Of a stretch of 64,000 nucleotides of DNA, positions 1 through 8,479 are shown one piece after another. This stretch comes from a virus. The notes under the pieces were generated by a model, which had not been told where the DNA came from, ran no database searches, and saw nothing but the letters and a program-made list of their open reading frames with translations. The DNA lies in the IMG/VR virus record IMGVR_UViG_3300045988_177924; one strand, given 5' to 3'. Within the stretch, counting starts at the first letter, position 1; each line of letters begins with the position of its first letter. The translations under genes were made by a program, and so were the position numbers.

Positions 1-162
1 GATGACGACGAATATCAGTACGATGATATCGAAGACGATGACGATTCCGACGACGAATTCTTTGAGTTCTTCGAGGGTTGCCTTGACTGCTCCGGCCCAT
101 TGTGGGGAATTGATGACGACACTGTAATGGACGACGAGGATTACGACGATGTCCAACTCTAA
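1..162 (+). CDS. hypothetical acidic protein, C-terminal fragment (cut by window edge)
   Basis: frame 1 open from nt 1 to TAA 160-162; D/E-rich. Confidence 0.4.
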   Translation, partial: DDDEYQYDDIEDDDDSDDEFFEFFEGCLDCSGPLWGIDDDTVMDDEDYDDVQL

Positions 163-580
163 GGCTGACGTTCAAATTATGAAAATTGCAAAAATCCTAC
201 ACGGTCCTTCGTGTGGGACGACAAACTGCGCCGATTGTCATTATCATGACATTCCGTCAATCTTTCCAGTCAACGATAGGTGCCACGATTATTATTCGGC
301 AATCGAATTGGTGAAGCAAGGATTCGTGGACGGCGCATTGCTTAAAAATTTTGCAAAAAATTTAAAAGCCCATATTTTGGCTGTTATGTTGTCAGGCGAC
401 AAAATATCTTGCAAAGATATATCGAATGCAAAAGTAATTTTGTATTATATCAACCGGCAACTAAACGACACTTTTGGGTTAAACGAGCCTCTTAACGCTG
501 CAAATCAGTTTTTGGCAGAACCTGACCTTGTTAAAAAATATCAACTCGACGAATTTTTGGAGGAACACAAAGATGACTAA
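149..580 (+). CDS. hypothetical protein (143 aa)
   Basis: ORF track; weak SD GAGGA upstream; Cys/His cluster CGTTNCADCHYH. Confidence 0.5.
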   Translation: MSNSKADVQIMKIAKILHGPSCGTTNCADCHYHDIPSIFPVNDRCHDYYSAIELVKQGFVDGALLKNFAKNLKAHILAVMLSGDKISCKDISNAKVILYYINRQLNDTFGLNEPLNAANQFLAEPDLVKKYQLDEFLEEHKDD

Positions 581-1073
581 ACAAGAGCAAATCGAGGAAA
601 TGACGAAAGAAAGAAACGAAATAAAAGATATTATGAAACTTTTAGATAAATGTGTTTCATTAAATCCAATGTATAAAAGTGAAGTTGCAAGTGTTCTCTA
701 TGGAAACAACTACCGAAAACTCCCTGAAGATAGCGTTGTGCTTTCAAGAGAAGAGTATGAAATGTTAAAAAGTTTATACGATACTCAAAAAGGTGCGATT
801 ATGACTTCAAGTATAGGTGATTTACCTTTAACGGTTGAAGGGTTAAGAAAAGCAGTTGACGAGATTACAAGACTTAATAGAGTTGAAACTGAACTGCAAG
901 AACTCAATGCAAAATATTACAACGAAGCGAAAGATTTAAGGCGAGAACTCAAACAAACGCGCAAGGAAACGGCGAAAGCTATTTTGAATGTCCTATATTT
1001 TAATTTGCAAAATGGCGTGATGGGTAGGATTCAAGAAATTGCAAAAAACTACGGTGTGGAGGTAGAAAAATGA
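573..1073 (+). CDS. hypothetical coiled-coil protein (166 aa)
   Basis: SD GGAGGAA 6 nt before internal ATG 573 (track start 528 has no SD); K/E-rich heptad-like sequence. Confidence 0.55.
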   Translation: MTKQEQIEEMTKERNEIKDIMKLLDKCVSLNPMYKSEVASVLYGNNYRKLPEDSVVLSREEYEMLKSLYDTQKGAIMTSSIGDLPLTVEGLRKAVDEITRLNRVETELQELNAKYYNEAKDLRRELKQTRKETAKAILNVLYFNLQNGVMGRIQEIAKNYGVEVEK

Positions 1074-1453
1074 ATAAAGACGATATTAAGAAAGCGTTAG
1101 AGTTTTGTGCCAACGCTTTCCCTTGCGAGGGCTGTGCGTATCACGACGACTTAACGTGTACCGACAAACTAAAAACTGATGCTCTCAACGTTATCATTGA
1201 ACAAGAACAAGAGATTGAAAAGTGGAAAAACGATTACGTAAAATTGCAAGAACAGTTTGCAAAATATCAAACTGCGAGTGACAAGGAAATTGCAGCACAA
1301 GTCAAGCAAGCCAAAATCGAAGTGTTGAACAAGTTGAAAGAACGCGTTGAAACCGCAATAGACGCTTATTTCAATTTAGATGGTGGTGGTTATTATCTCG
1401 CAGAGGGTGCAATGAATGATATCGACGAACTCATCAGGGAGGTAGAAGAATGA
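1070..1453 (+). CDS. hypothetical Cys-motif/coiled-coil protein, paralog A (127 aa)
   Basis: ATGA stop-start overlap; shares MNxDDIKKALExC..C..C and ASDKE(I/M)(A/I)AQVKQAKI(E/D)VLN(K/R)LK with the next ORF. Confidence 0.6.
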   Translation: MNKDDIKKALEFCANAFPCEGCAYHDDLTCTDKLKTDALNVIIEQEQEIEKWKNDYVKLQEQFAKYQTASDKEIAAQVKQAKIEVLNKLKERVETAIDAYFNLDGGGYYLAEGAMNDIDELIREVEE

Positions 1454-1881
1454 ATATAGACGATATTAAGAAAGCATTAGAGTGTTGTTCAAACCCGAGC
1501 ATCAACCCTTGTAAGGACTGCCCGTATAATAAAAACGGTGATTTTAGTTATTGTAATGACAAAATTCTCAAAGACACACTCAATCTTATAACCGAGCAAG
1601 AGAAAGAGATTGAGCGTTTGAAAGATGAGAACAAAGAAAACTGCTGGAAGTGTATTGAGGCGAAGCGTGTTACGGAAGAAGACTATGCAAAACTTCAAGA
1701 AGAGTTTGCAAATTATCAAATCGCAAGTGATAAAGAAATGATAGCACAGGTCAAGCAAGCGAAAATCGACGTGCTGAACAGATTGAAGTCGTTGAGTATT
1801 TATGACGATAATTATCTGGATGGTTATGTGTTTATCGACGACATAGACAAACTTTTGGAGGAGTATGAAAATGACGCTTAA
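1450..1881 (+). CDS. hypothetical Cys-motif/coiled-coil protein, paralog B (143 aa)
   Basis: ATGA overlap; tandem paralog of 1070-1453. Confidence 0.6.
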   Translation: MNIDDIKKALECCSNPSINPCKDCPYNKNGDFSYCNDKILKDTLNLITEQEKEIERLKDENKENCWKCIEAKRVTEEDYAKLQEEFANYQIASDKEMIAQVKQAKIDVLNRLKSLSIYDDNYLDGYVFIDDIDKLLEEYENDA

Positions 1882-2299
1882 AGAATTATTAGAGCAATAT
1901 GGATATACAACCGATCCGGTTAAAGAAGCAGACATCATAAAAAGATGGTTTGTTGAAAACGACTTTGAAGATATAGGACTGTCTATGATTCCCAGCTTGT
2001 CGGCGCATAAAATCAAGAAATTGCAAGATAAATTGTCGTTCGCACAATCTTGGCTCCCGAGCAAAATTGATGTGAACTGCAACAAAGAGTTTGCTAATGA
2101 TAAACTAACTGCTGATATGTTGAATCACATTATAACATATTGTATGCTGTCTATGCCGTTACCAGACGACATTCTTGAATGGGCAAAAGAAAATATTCCC
2201 AACATCAATGTTCCGAGAGTGTTTTTTATGCCAACCGTAAAATATCTTAAAGAAAGATATAATATAGAATTTAAGGATAAACCACAGTGGGAGTTTTAG
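1871..2299 (+). CDS. hypothetical protein (142 aa)
   Basis: SD GGAGGAG 7 nt before ATG 1871 (ATG 1865 also possible). Confidence 0.55.
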   Translation: MTLKELLEQYGYTTDPVKEADIIKRWFVENDFEDIGLSMIPSLSAHKIKKLQDKLSFAQSWLPSKIDVNCNKEFANDKLTADMLNHIITYCMLSMPLPDDILEWAKENIPNINVPRVFFMPTVKYLKERYNIEFKDKPQWEF

Positions 2300-2320
2300 G
2301 AGAACATTTGAGAGGGTAGA

Positions 2321-2524
2321 ATGACGGATAAACAAATTGAAGATAAAATAAGAAAAGTATCGAATAAGATTAGTAATTATACAAATAGAAATATAGACTA
2401 TTGTTGCACCTTTGAATGTAGGTGCCCGTTTATGGACAATGACGATTTTAGCAATATATCGTGTACTGTATGTAAAGTAATCGGTGCGGCAATAAGAGCA
2501 GACGCAATAACAGTAGGAGAATAA
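2321..2524 (+). CDS. hypothetical Cys-rich protein (67 aa)
   Basis: ORF track; SD GAGAGGG. Confidence 0.5.
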   Translation: MTDKQIEDKIRKVSNKISNYTNRNIDYCCTFECRCPFMDNDDFSNISCTVCKVIGAAIRADAITVGE

Positions 2525-2526
2525 AA

Positions 2527-3114
2527 ATGGGATACAGACATTATTTTTATTTAGTTAAAAAATCGGATATAGAAAAATGCAACAATATAAGTCTTAGCGA
2601 ATTAAAACGACAGTATGGCGATGCTGACAGCGGTTATATAGATTTCGATGAAATTTTTCCACGAACTGAAATCTTTGAATTCGGCAAATTATATTATGAA
2701 GATACCGCCGAAAGAATATACAACACCGGCAAACCATTATTTGGCGACAAAGATTGCCAGGAATATTTTGAAGCTTATTACCCTTTCGTTGTCGGTAAAG
2801 AAGGTTTGTTAGAAGCAATTAAGATATATAAGGAAAAGGCCATAAGTGCTTATCAATCGCTTTTAGGGGACGGACAAGAAGTCCAGTATCCATTGGGTAT
2901 AACTATGACCGAGGATATATCTGAACACGATAAAATGAAGAAATTTGTAAAGGGTAGACTTTACTGGCTACAAAATCAGTTTGAAAATATAGATGAGTCA
3001 AACAAATATAAGGTGTCCAGAAGTTATATATACGAACATGCAATCTTTAACCTAATTCACCTGTTAAAAGTTATTGATTGGGACAATGAAACTATTTTAT
3101 TTTATGGATGGTAA
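2527..3114 (+). CDS. hypothetical protein (195 aa)
   Basis: ORF track; SD TAGGAGA. Confidence 0.6.
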   Translation: MGYRHYFYLVKKSDIEKCNNISLSELKRQYGDADSGYIDFDEIFPRTEIFEFGKLYYEDTAERIYNTGKPLFGDKDCQEYFEAYYPFVVGKEGLLEAIKIYKEKAISAYQSLLGDGQEVQYPLGITMTEDISEHDKMKKFVKGRLYWLQNQFENIDESNKYKVSRSYIYEHAIFNLIHLLKVIDWDNETILFYGW

Positions 3115-3120
3115 ACATAA

Positions 3121-3441
3121 ATGAAAACAATTTATATAATAAATTACGATACAGAATTTTTTATCACCGAAATCCCCATATTGACGGAATCTGACCAGGT
3201 GTACATCTTCGATTACGAACGTCTTACTACTGACCAACACCGCGCTCTCGATTGGGAAGACACCTTGAATAAAAGCGAGGAAAATACTACCAACTGGACG
3301 ACCGACAAGACGCGCTTTGAAACCCTGAAACAAGAGTATATCAAAAATAAGTTAGCACAACTTAACGCCGGCGCCATTTGTGCCACCAGCCGTTTTGAAC
3401 GCGCTGTTCTCAGTGCGCATCAACTGGGGTTCATGTTCTGA
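3121..3441 (+). CDS. hypothetical protein (106 aa)
   Basis: ORF track; packed array; weak SD. Confidence 0.45.
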   Translation: MKTIYIINYDTEFFITEIPILTESDQVYIFDYERLTTDQHRALDWEDTLNKSEENTTNWTTDKTRFETLKQEYIKNKLAQLNAGAICATSRFERAVLSAHQLGFMF

Positions 3442-3460
3442 AAAAATTTTTCAAAATATG

Positions 3461-3489
3461 TTGACAAAATCTAATCCTTGTGCTATACT
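3461..3489 (+). promoter_or_regulatory. sigma-70-type promoter TTGACA-17-TATACT
   Basis: TTGACA 3461-3466, 17-nt spacer, TATACT 3484-3489; about 30 nt before the SD of 3521. Confidence 0.7.
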
Positions 3490-3520
3490 AACAATATAAC
3501 ACACAAGGAGCGTAACAACT

Positions 3521-3844
3521 ATGAAATTTGTATTAGACAGTTTAGATTTTACCATCAGCGAAGATTATAACGACAAATTTGAAGCCCTCGAGGACCTCGA
3601 AGACTTCTCAGATGACCTCGAAAGACATACACCCGAAGAGATCTTCCAAATCCTTAAAAAGTGGGTGAAAAAAACACGCCGCACGCTTCGCGAAGAACTC
3701 ATCGAAGATGGACGTTGTCCTGATTGCGGGGAAGAACTCGAAGAAGAGGTTGAAACCGAAACGGGGTATCTTGACGGAAGACCTGCTTATCAAGTAAGCG
3801 AAGTTGTTGGAAGGTACTGCCCTGAATGTGGTTGGGAGGAATGA
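3521..3844 (+). CDS. hypothetical zinc-ribbon protein (107 aa)
   Basis: SD AAGGAG; CPDCG and CPECG pairs. Confidence 0.6.
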   Translation: MKFVLDSLDFTISEDYNDKFEALEDLEDFSDDLERHTPEEIFQILKKWVKKTRRTLREELIEDGRCPDCGEELEEEVETETGYLDGRPAYQVSEVVGRYCPECGWEE

Positions 3845-4344
3845 GCATGGCACAATCGACTATCACTACCGAGGTGTGCAAAGTCACCACTCCCGAAAAT
3901 CCTGTACCCACCAAAGAGATTCTCTTATCTCTTTTTCTAGAGCTTACACAAGCTGTAGATTTTCTCATCCCCAACAAGACGTATTATTTCTCGTATAATA
4001 CACACATCGCAGAAAACACAGTTACTCATTATTTACGGCTGGGAAAACCGGACGCTGCTGACATCGCTCGAATCAAACAAATTATCGTGGACCCAAACCA
4101 GGCCCAGGAAATAGATTGTTTCTTCCCGCGTGTGTTTGAGTTGGTGATGGACCGAACCCTCGGTTATAAAACTCTCACCGATATCAACAAAAACCTGTTC
4201 CGAGCATTCCTCGCGAAAATGGCAGATGGTATCGAGAATAACAAATTACTATTGAACGACTTTATAATACTTACAGAAAAACGCCAAAATATTCAGCTGC
4301 CGCTCGCAGTCTTGATTTATTGGTTCCCAAAACAGGAGGATTGA
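3841..4344 (+). CDS. hypothetical protein (167 aa)
   Basis: ATGA overlap with upstream stop; SD GGGAGGA. Confidence 0.55.
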   Translation: MSMAQSTITTEVCKVTTPENPVPTKEILLSLFLELTQAVDFLIPNKTYYFSYNTHIAENTVTHYLRLGKPDAADIARIKQIIVDPNQAQEIDCFFPRVFELVMDRTLGYKTLTDINKNLFRAFLAKMADGIENNKLLLNDFIILTEKRQNIQLPLAVLIYWFPKQED

Positions 4345-4345
4345 T

Positions 4346-4915
4346 ATGAAAATTAAAGAAAGCAAAAAGATGTCCCATAAGGACGTATTACAGTTTTTCA
4401 ACACCCTAACCCTCATCGGCACAAGTATGAGAGGTCTCAAAGAAGAGAGCGATGTAGCTCTCACGGCGTTTTACTCACTCATAATAAGTCGCAGCAGTGT
4501 GGTTGCTTACATAACCCGCGCCCTCGCTCCTATTGGGTTAGAGAAATTTATGCCTACACACAAGCTGGCCACTTACATCACCAAAACCATCGACGAGCGT
4601 CTCATGCAGCGCCTGGCGACTTATTCGTGCCAGAAAACAGAATACGACGAAACCAAAGTCTGCGTAGAGAGACGTAGTGAGCTCACTCTTGACGAAGACC
4701 GTTACACCGACAAAAGGAACGAGTCTCTCACGATGCTCTTCTCTAAACGCGCCAAATATAACTTCTGTTATAATGTCATTTGCACTCAGCTCAACAAAAT
4801 AGCTCAAGCGATGGCGATGACGATTGATTACGCCACGATTCTCCACGAGAGTGAGCAGCGACTACTCACGGCGATGGGGAAAGAGAACGAGCCGTTATTC
4901 AGCGTGAAGGACTAA
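4346..4915 (+). CDS. hypothetical protein (189 aa)
   Basis: SD CAGGAGGA. Confidence 0.6.
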   Translation: MKIKESKKMSHKDVLQFFNTLTLIGTSMRGLKEESDVALTAFYSLIISRSSVVAYITRALAPIGLEKFMPTHKLATYITKTIDERLMQRLATYSCQKTEYDETKVCVERRSELTLDEDRYTDKRNESLTMLFSKRAKYNFCYNVICTQLNKIAQAMAMTIDYATILHESEQRLLTAMGKENEPLFSVKD

Positions 4916-4949
4916 ACCACGAACCGGCGGCTAATAGGAGAATTGAATT

Positions 4950-5237
4950 ATGATATTTGGAATAACGGCTACTTCGAACTTTGATTATGGATGCACACAA
5001 GGGGAAGAAGACAGGCAAGTACTTCTTCGACACTACCCCCTTTTAGAAGATCGACTAATAGATGGTTGTATGAGGGCGAAAAGATACAATACCTTGTATC
5101 AACTGATTGAAGTCGACACGTTTGAAGAAATTATGGATTTTGTTAAGAAATATAATCGAATAGTGATTGAAAAACTCGAAGACGACAAAGGGGAAACCAG
5201 ATATGTCATCGAAATCTATGATTATTGGAGAGAGTGA
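4950..5237 (+). CDS. hypothetical protein (95 aa)
   Basis: SD TAGGAGA. Confidence 0.55.
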   Translation: MIFGITATSNFDYGCTQGEEDRQVLLRHYPLLEDRLIDGCMRAKRYNTLYQLIEVDTFEEIMDFVKKYNRIVIEKLEDDKGETRYVIEIYDYWRE

Positions 5238-5308
5238 AACTCGGCAGGTGCTACAGCAATTATAGCACTAGGTAACGACTTAACTTGCTGTAAAAGGAGA
5301 TAACGATT

Positions 5309-5698
5309 ATGAAAATTGGAGCGATTTGGGATGCAAAAGTCATCCATTTGAACTATGTCTTGAGAGGTAAGATGGTGGCCAATGATTCAATGTTGAGTCA
5401 GGAAGCCAATGCAACCACATTGGCTTTCACAATCAATGACGCGGTGTTGACTTCGGGCGAGGAAGACTATATGCCCAAAGTGGGAGACGTGATAACCGTC
5501 GAACTTACCACCAAAGTAATTATGGGCGGCGTTTTTGAGGTTGGCTCAATAAATCTGAGATTGGAGGACGCAGTAATCACCAACATCGACAAGTGCAACA
5601 ACCTGTGTGTGATGGTAAATTTATCAGCGGAACAGTTGACAAAACATCTGACGGACCGTGTGTATGACACGTTTGGAATTAAGAAACATGTGTCATAA
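5309..5698 (+). CDS. hypothetical protein (129 aa)
   Basis: SD AAAGGAGA. Confidence 0.6.
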   Translation: MKIGAIWDAKVIHLNYVLRGKMVANDSMLSQEANATTLAFTINDAVLTSGEEDYMPKVGDVITVELTTKVIMGGVFEVGSINLRLEDAVITNIDKCNNLCVMVNLSAEQLTKHLTDRVYDTFGIKKHVS

Positions 5699-5702
5699 AA
5701 GG

Positions 5703-5731
5703 TTGACAAACGACGACGGCTGGTGTATAAT
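5703..5731 (+). promoter_or_regulatory. sigma-70-type promoter TTGACA-17-TATAAT
   Basis: TTGACA 5703-5708, TATAAT 5726-5731. Confidence 0.75.
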
Positions 5732-5763
5732 GAGAACATAACAGAAAAGGAGATACAAAAAAA

Positions 5764-6222
5764 ATGGCAAAGTTTAGAGTAGGAGATTTGGTGACAATCC
5801 GCGAATGGGACGATATGGCGCAAGAGTACGGCGTCGCTGACAACGGCGACATTAAGGTATGTATGGGTTTCCCCGCATCTGCAAAGATGCTGTGCGGCAA
5901 GGTTGCTCAAATTACCGAGATTGGTCGCGGCGTTCGTCTTAAGCTCGTGAATCCCGTCAAAGCCCCTTATGTATATTTTACAACCGATATGTTGGAGCCT
6001 TTGTCGGCAAAAGGACGTGTTGATGTAGAAATTGGAAGTTACGCGAAGGTGGTAAGAGGTAAGGCGGAAGGTTGCTTTGTCTTAGTCAGCGACGATGGTC
6101 ATGACTACAACGAGGTCGGCGGCACCGTCGTGTTCCCTAAAGAGAGAAGAGGGGAACACTTCCATTTTGAAGATACAGATTTGGAGCCCGTCACCGAAGA
6201 TGTTAATTGGTTTTGTTTATAA
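5764..6222 (+). CDS. hypothetical protein (152 aa)
   Basis: SD AAAGGAGA. Confidence 0.6.
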   Translation: MAKFRVGDLVTIREWDDMAQEYGVADNGDIKVCMGFPASAKMLCGKVAQITEIGRGVRLKLVNPVKAPYVYFTTDMLEPLSAKGRVDVEIGSYAKVVRGKAEGCFVLVSDDGHDYNEVGGTVVFPKERRGEHFHFEDTDLEPVTEDVNWFCL

Positions 6223-6233
6223 GGAGTAAGAAG

Positions 6234-6836
6234 ATGGCTGATGAAATTAAACAGACATTCGAAGACTTAACCACCAAACGCTGTCGTACGTGCGCCGTCT
6301 GCGGCAAACCCGAAAACGATGGGTTGCTCTTCGATGACTCTGCGTGGATCTGCAACGACTGCAGAGCGGTGCTGGGTCAGTTAAGAGGATGCTACATTCG
6401 TTCAGTTAGACGTAAAGAGAAGAGCCAGCAAATTAAGAACGGCTTAACCAACGAACGAGCCCGTCTGCTGATCGAAAGCTGGTTCTGTAACTTTTGCCCC
6501 AACAAGGGACAGCCGTGTATGGATACCCTCGAAAGCGAACGGCAGTGCGTGAATGATACAAAGTTAGCGAAGATTGGGTTATACCTCGGACATCGAGAGT
6601 TTCCGCTGATTAAGAATATGAAAGTCAATCGCCCTCGTTTTGTACAAGTACGAGAACAGGAAACGTGCGATAACTGCGGACGAGAATTCCCGTCGGGTAA
6701 CGCTATGGCCAGAGTCGAAGTTTATGGCCGGACGACGGAGAACGAAGTGTGGGCACACAAGTATATTTTCTGCCCGATGTGCGCTAAAATGCTTTTGAGA
6801 AAGGCTGAAAGAGCAGAACAAGAAGGTAATTTATAA
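6234..6836 (+). CDS. hypothetical multi-CxxC zinc-finger protein (200 aa)
   Basis: SD TAAGGAG before ATG 6234; CRTCAVCG, CNDC, CDNCG, CPMC motifs. Confidence 0.6.
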   Translation: MADEIKQTFEDLTTKRCRTCAVCGKPENDGLLFDDSAWICNDCRAVLGQLRGCYIRSVRRKEKSQQIKNGLTNERARLLIESWFCNFCPNKGQPCMDTLESERQCVNDTKLAKIGLYLGHREFPLIKNMKVNRPRFVQVREQETCDNCGREFPSGNAMARVEVYGRTTENEVWAHKYIFCPMCAKMLLRKAERAEQEGNL

Positions 6837-6837
6837 G

Positions 6838-6865
6838 CCCATATAGACCGTATGGTCTATATGGG
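6838..6865 (+). terminator. perfect 12-bp hairpin after the 6234-6836 gene
   Basis: CCCATATAGACC-GTAT-GGTCTATATGGG; the T-run is delayed, not adjacent. Confidence 0.55.
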
Positions 6866-6883
6866 ATGTTAATTTTTATGGGT

Positions 6884-6900
6884 GTGGTCAGAAGTGGTCA
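6884..6900. repeat. left copy of 17-bp inverted repeat GTGGTCAGAAGTGGTCA
   Basis: reverse complement of 7600-7616 matches 16 of 17 positions. Confidence 0.7.
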
Positions 6901-6961
6901 AAAATTTTATACAGCGTCCTGGACCCCTCTGTAAAAAAGGCAATTTTTTACCCTAACCGCC

Positions 6962-7011
6962 CATAACCCGCTATAAACCCCCATAAACCCCCATAAATCA
7001 CTCTAAATCAC
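6962..7011. repeat. five 10-bp-phased units yATAAAyCmC
   Basis: cataacccgc/tataaacccc/cataaacccc/cataaatcac/tctaaatcac. Confidence 0.6.
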
Positions 7012-7029
7012 CGCCAAAGGAGGCAACAA

Positions 7030-7512
7030 ATGACAACTAACTCATCATCGTACGAACTCGAACACGAACTCCGATATCGTCTTCCGAAGTCGGTCTTCGT
7101 CAACCTGCTTACGAGTCCCTACAAACCGTTCACGATTGCTGACCGCGTCATCATCCGTCAGCTTTGGACGTACAACGATGGCGTCAGCCGTAGCCGTATC
7201 CGCGAACTCACCGACAACAACGGAACCTGCACATACACAGCGTGCACCAAGTACAAACTTGATAAAGACAACCAAATCGAGTTTGAGCGGCCCATTCTAC
7301 CGGCCGAATTCGCCAGCGTCCGTAGTCTTTATCCGAACACGGCGCTCGACGAAAAAGTCCGCTTTTACATCTTGACTAAGGAGAACCCGACCTTCTACTT
7401 CGTCGTCGACCTTCGAGCGACATCAGACGAAGCCGTTGTCGAGATTGAATGCGGGAGGGACACACTCGTGAAAATACCGAAGTGGATCACCGAAAACGCG
7501 CTGAAAAAGTGA
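7030..7512 (+). CDS. CYTH-like (triphosphate tunnel metalloenzyme) domain protein (160 aa)
   Basis: SD AAAGGAGG; ordered motifs ELEHELRY (ExExK/R), RIRE, TKYKL, EFERPI, KVRFYI, VVDL, VEIECG recall the CYTH beta-strand pattern. Confidence 0.4.
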   Translation: MTTNSSSYELEHELRYRLPKSVFVNLLTSPYKPFTIADRVIIRQLWTYNDGVSRSRIRELTDNNGTCTYTACTKYKLDKDNQIEFERPILPAEFASVRSLYPNTALDEKVRFYILTKENPTFYFVVDLRATSDEAVVEIECGRDTLVKIPKWITENALKK

Positions 7513-7555
7513 GCGTATTATATATAGTATATATACATGCGTACGCGCAAGAGAG

Positions 7556-7583
7556 AGAGAGGCCGAGATGCCTCTTTTTTTTA
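7556..7583 (+). terminator. rho-independent terminator
   Basis: AGAGGC-CGAGAT-GCCTCT followed by T8. Confidence 0.75.
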
Positions 7584-7599
7584 TTATAATAGGGACGGC

Positions 7600-7616
7600 T
7601 GACCACTTGTGACCAC
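7600..7616. repeat. right copy of 17-bp inverted repeat TGACCACTTGTGACCAC
   Basis: pairs with 6884-6900. Confidence 0.7.
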
Positions 7617-7620
7617 CTTA

Positions 7621-7667
7621 TCGAAATCGACACGTTTAAACCGGTCGAAATCGACGGGTTTGAGGGT
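7621..7667. repeat. direct repeat TCGAAATCGACnnGTTTnAnnn x2, period 24
   Basis: copies start at 7621 and 7645. Confidence 0.6.
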
Positions 7668-7725
7668 AGAAAATGGGATAACTTGCACCAAATTGACTCT
7701 TTTTTTTGGCATTATTTGCACCTTT

Positions 7726-7765
7726 GGCGGCGGACGTTGGCACACATAGGCGGCGGACGTTGGCA
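7726..7765. repeat. direct repeat GGCGGCGGACGTTGGCA x2, period 23
   Basis: identical 17-mers at 7726-7742 and 7749-7765. Confidence 0.8.
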
Positions 7766-8047
7766 GCCGTAGGCATCCGATTTCGTCCTTTTTAACGAGT
7801 ACTAACTTTGCACAAAAACCGCAGGATTCTGTTCGTTTTTGACGCCAATTAGGGACATTTATAGTGACGTTTTGCCACTGATAGTATCATTATAATGTCA
7901 CCGATGGCGTCATCCGCCGCCCGAATCATTAAAAAAACTATACACTTTTAGTAACGAAAGGCACCGAAAACGAGACCTTTGATGTGGACAACTATGTGGA
8001 AAAGTGCACAACTCACCGCAAAATCGATAGTAATTTTTTGTCATTTT

Positions 8048-8084
8048 AATAGGAATATTTTGTTCTATAATAGGAATATTTTGT
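8048..8084. repeat. direct repeat AATAGGAATATTTTGT x2, period 21 (third, looser copy near 8358)
   Basis: identical 16-mers at 8048-8063 and 8069-8084. Confidence 0.75.
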
Positions 8085-8420
8085 CCTACTTCAGGCGGCG
8101 GACGGTGTCATTTTTGTCTAAAGTTATGTACCGTTTATGGTACATTACGTCATCATCGACCGTCATCAGCCGTCGACATCGTATTACAATTTTCGTCACA
8201 AATATCCCAAAATACCCTGTTTTTTATAAAAATGCAGCTCCGCCAGGACGGTTTTGGTAGCGATATGTTCAGTTTTCTAAACCAGTGCGAACGGGTAAAA
8301 AACGGGCGCAGCCGCATAAAAAAATGTCCGCCGCCGATGGTAAATTTTTGCACTATTGAATAGGAAAATTTTGCACTATTTTTTTCTTGAAAAATTTTTT
8401 ATTTTTTTTCTAAAAATATG

Positions 8421-8449
8421 TTGACAAACTGTCGAACCTATGTTATACT
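8421..8449 (+). promoter_or_regulatory. sigma-70-type promoter TTGACA-17-TATACT
   Basis: TTGACA 8421-8426, TATACT 8444-8449. Confidence 0.7.
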
Positions 8450-8479
8450 TAAAGTATAAAAAGATTAGGAGACAGTGAT

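Noticed and set aside
7979-8353. Track ORFs 7979-8260(+) and 8153-8353(-) in the iteron region
   Set aside because: They have no SD, overlap each other on opposite strands, and their sequence is dictated by the direct repeats.
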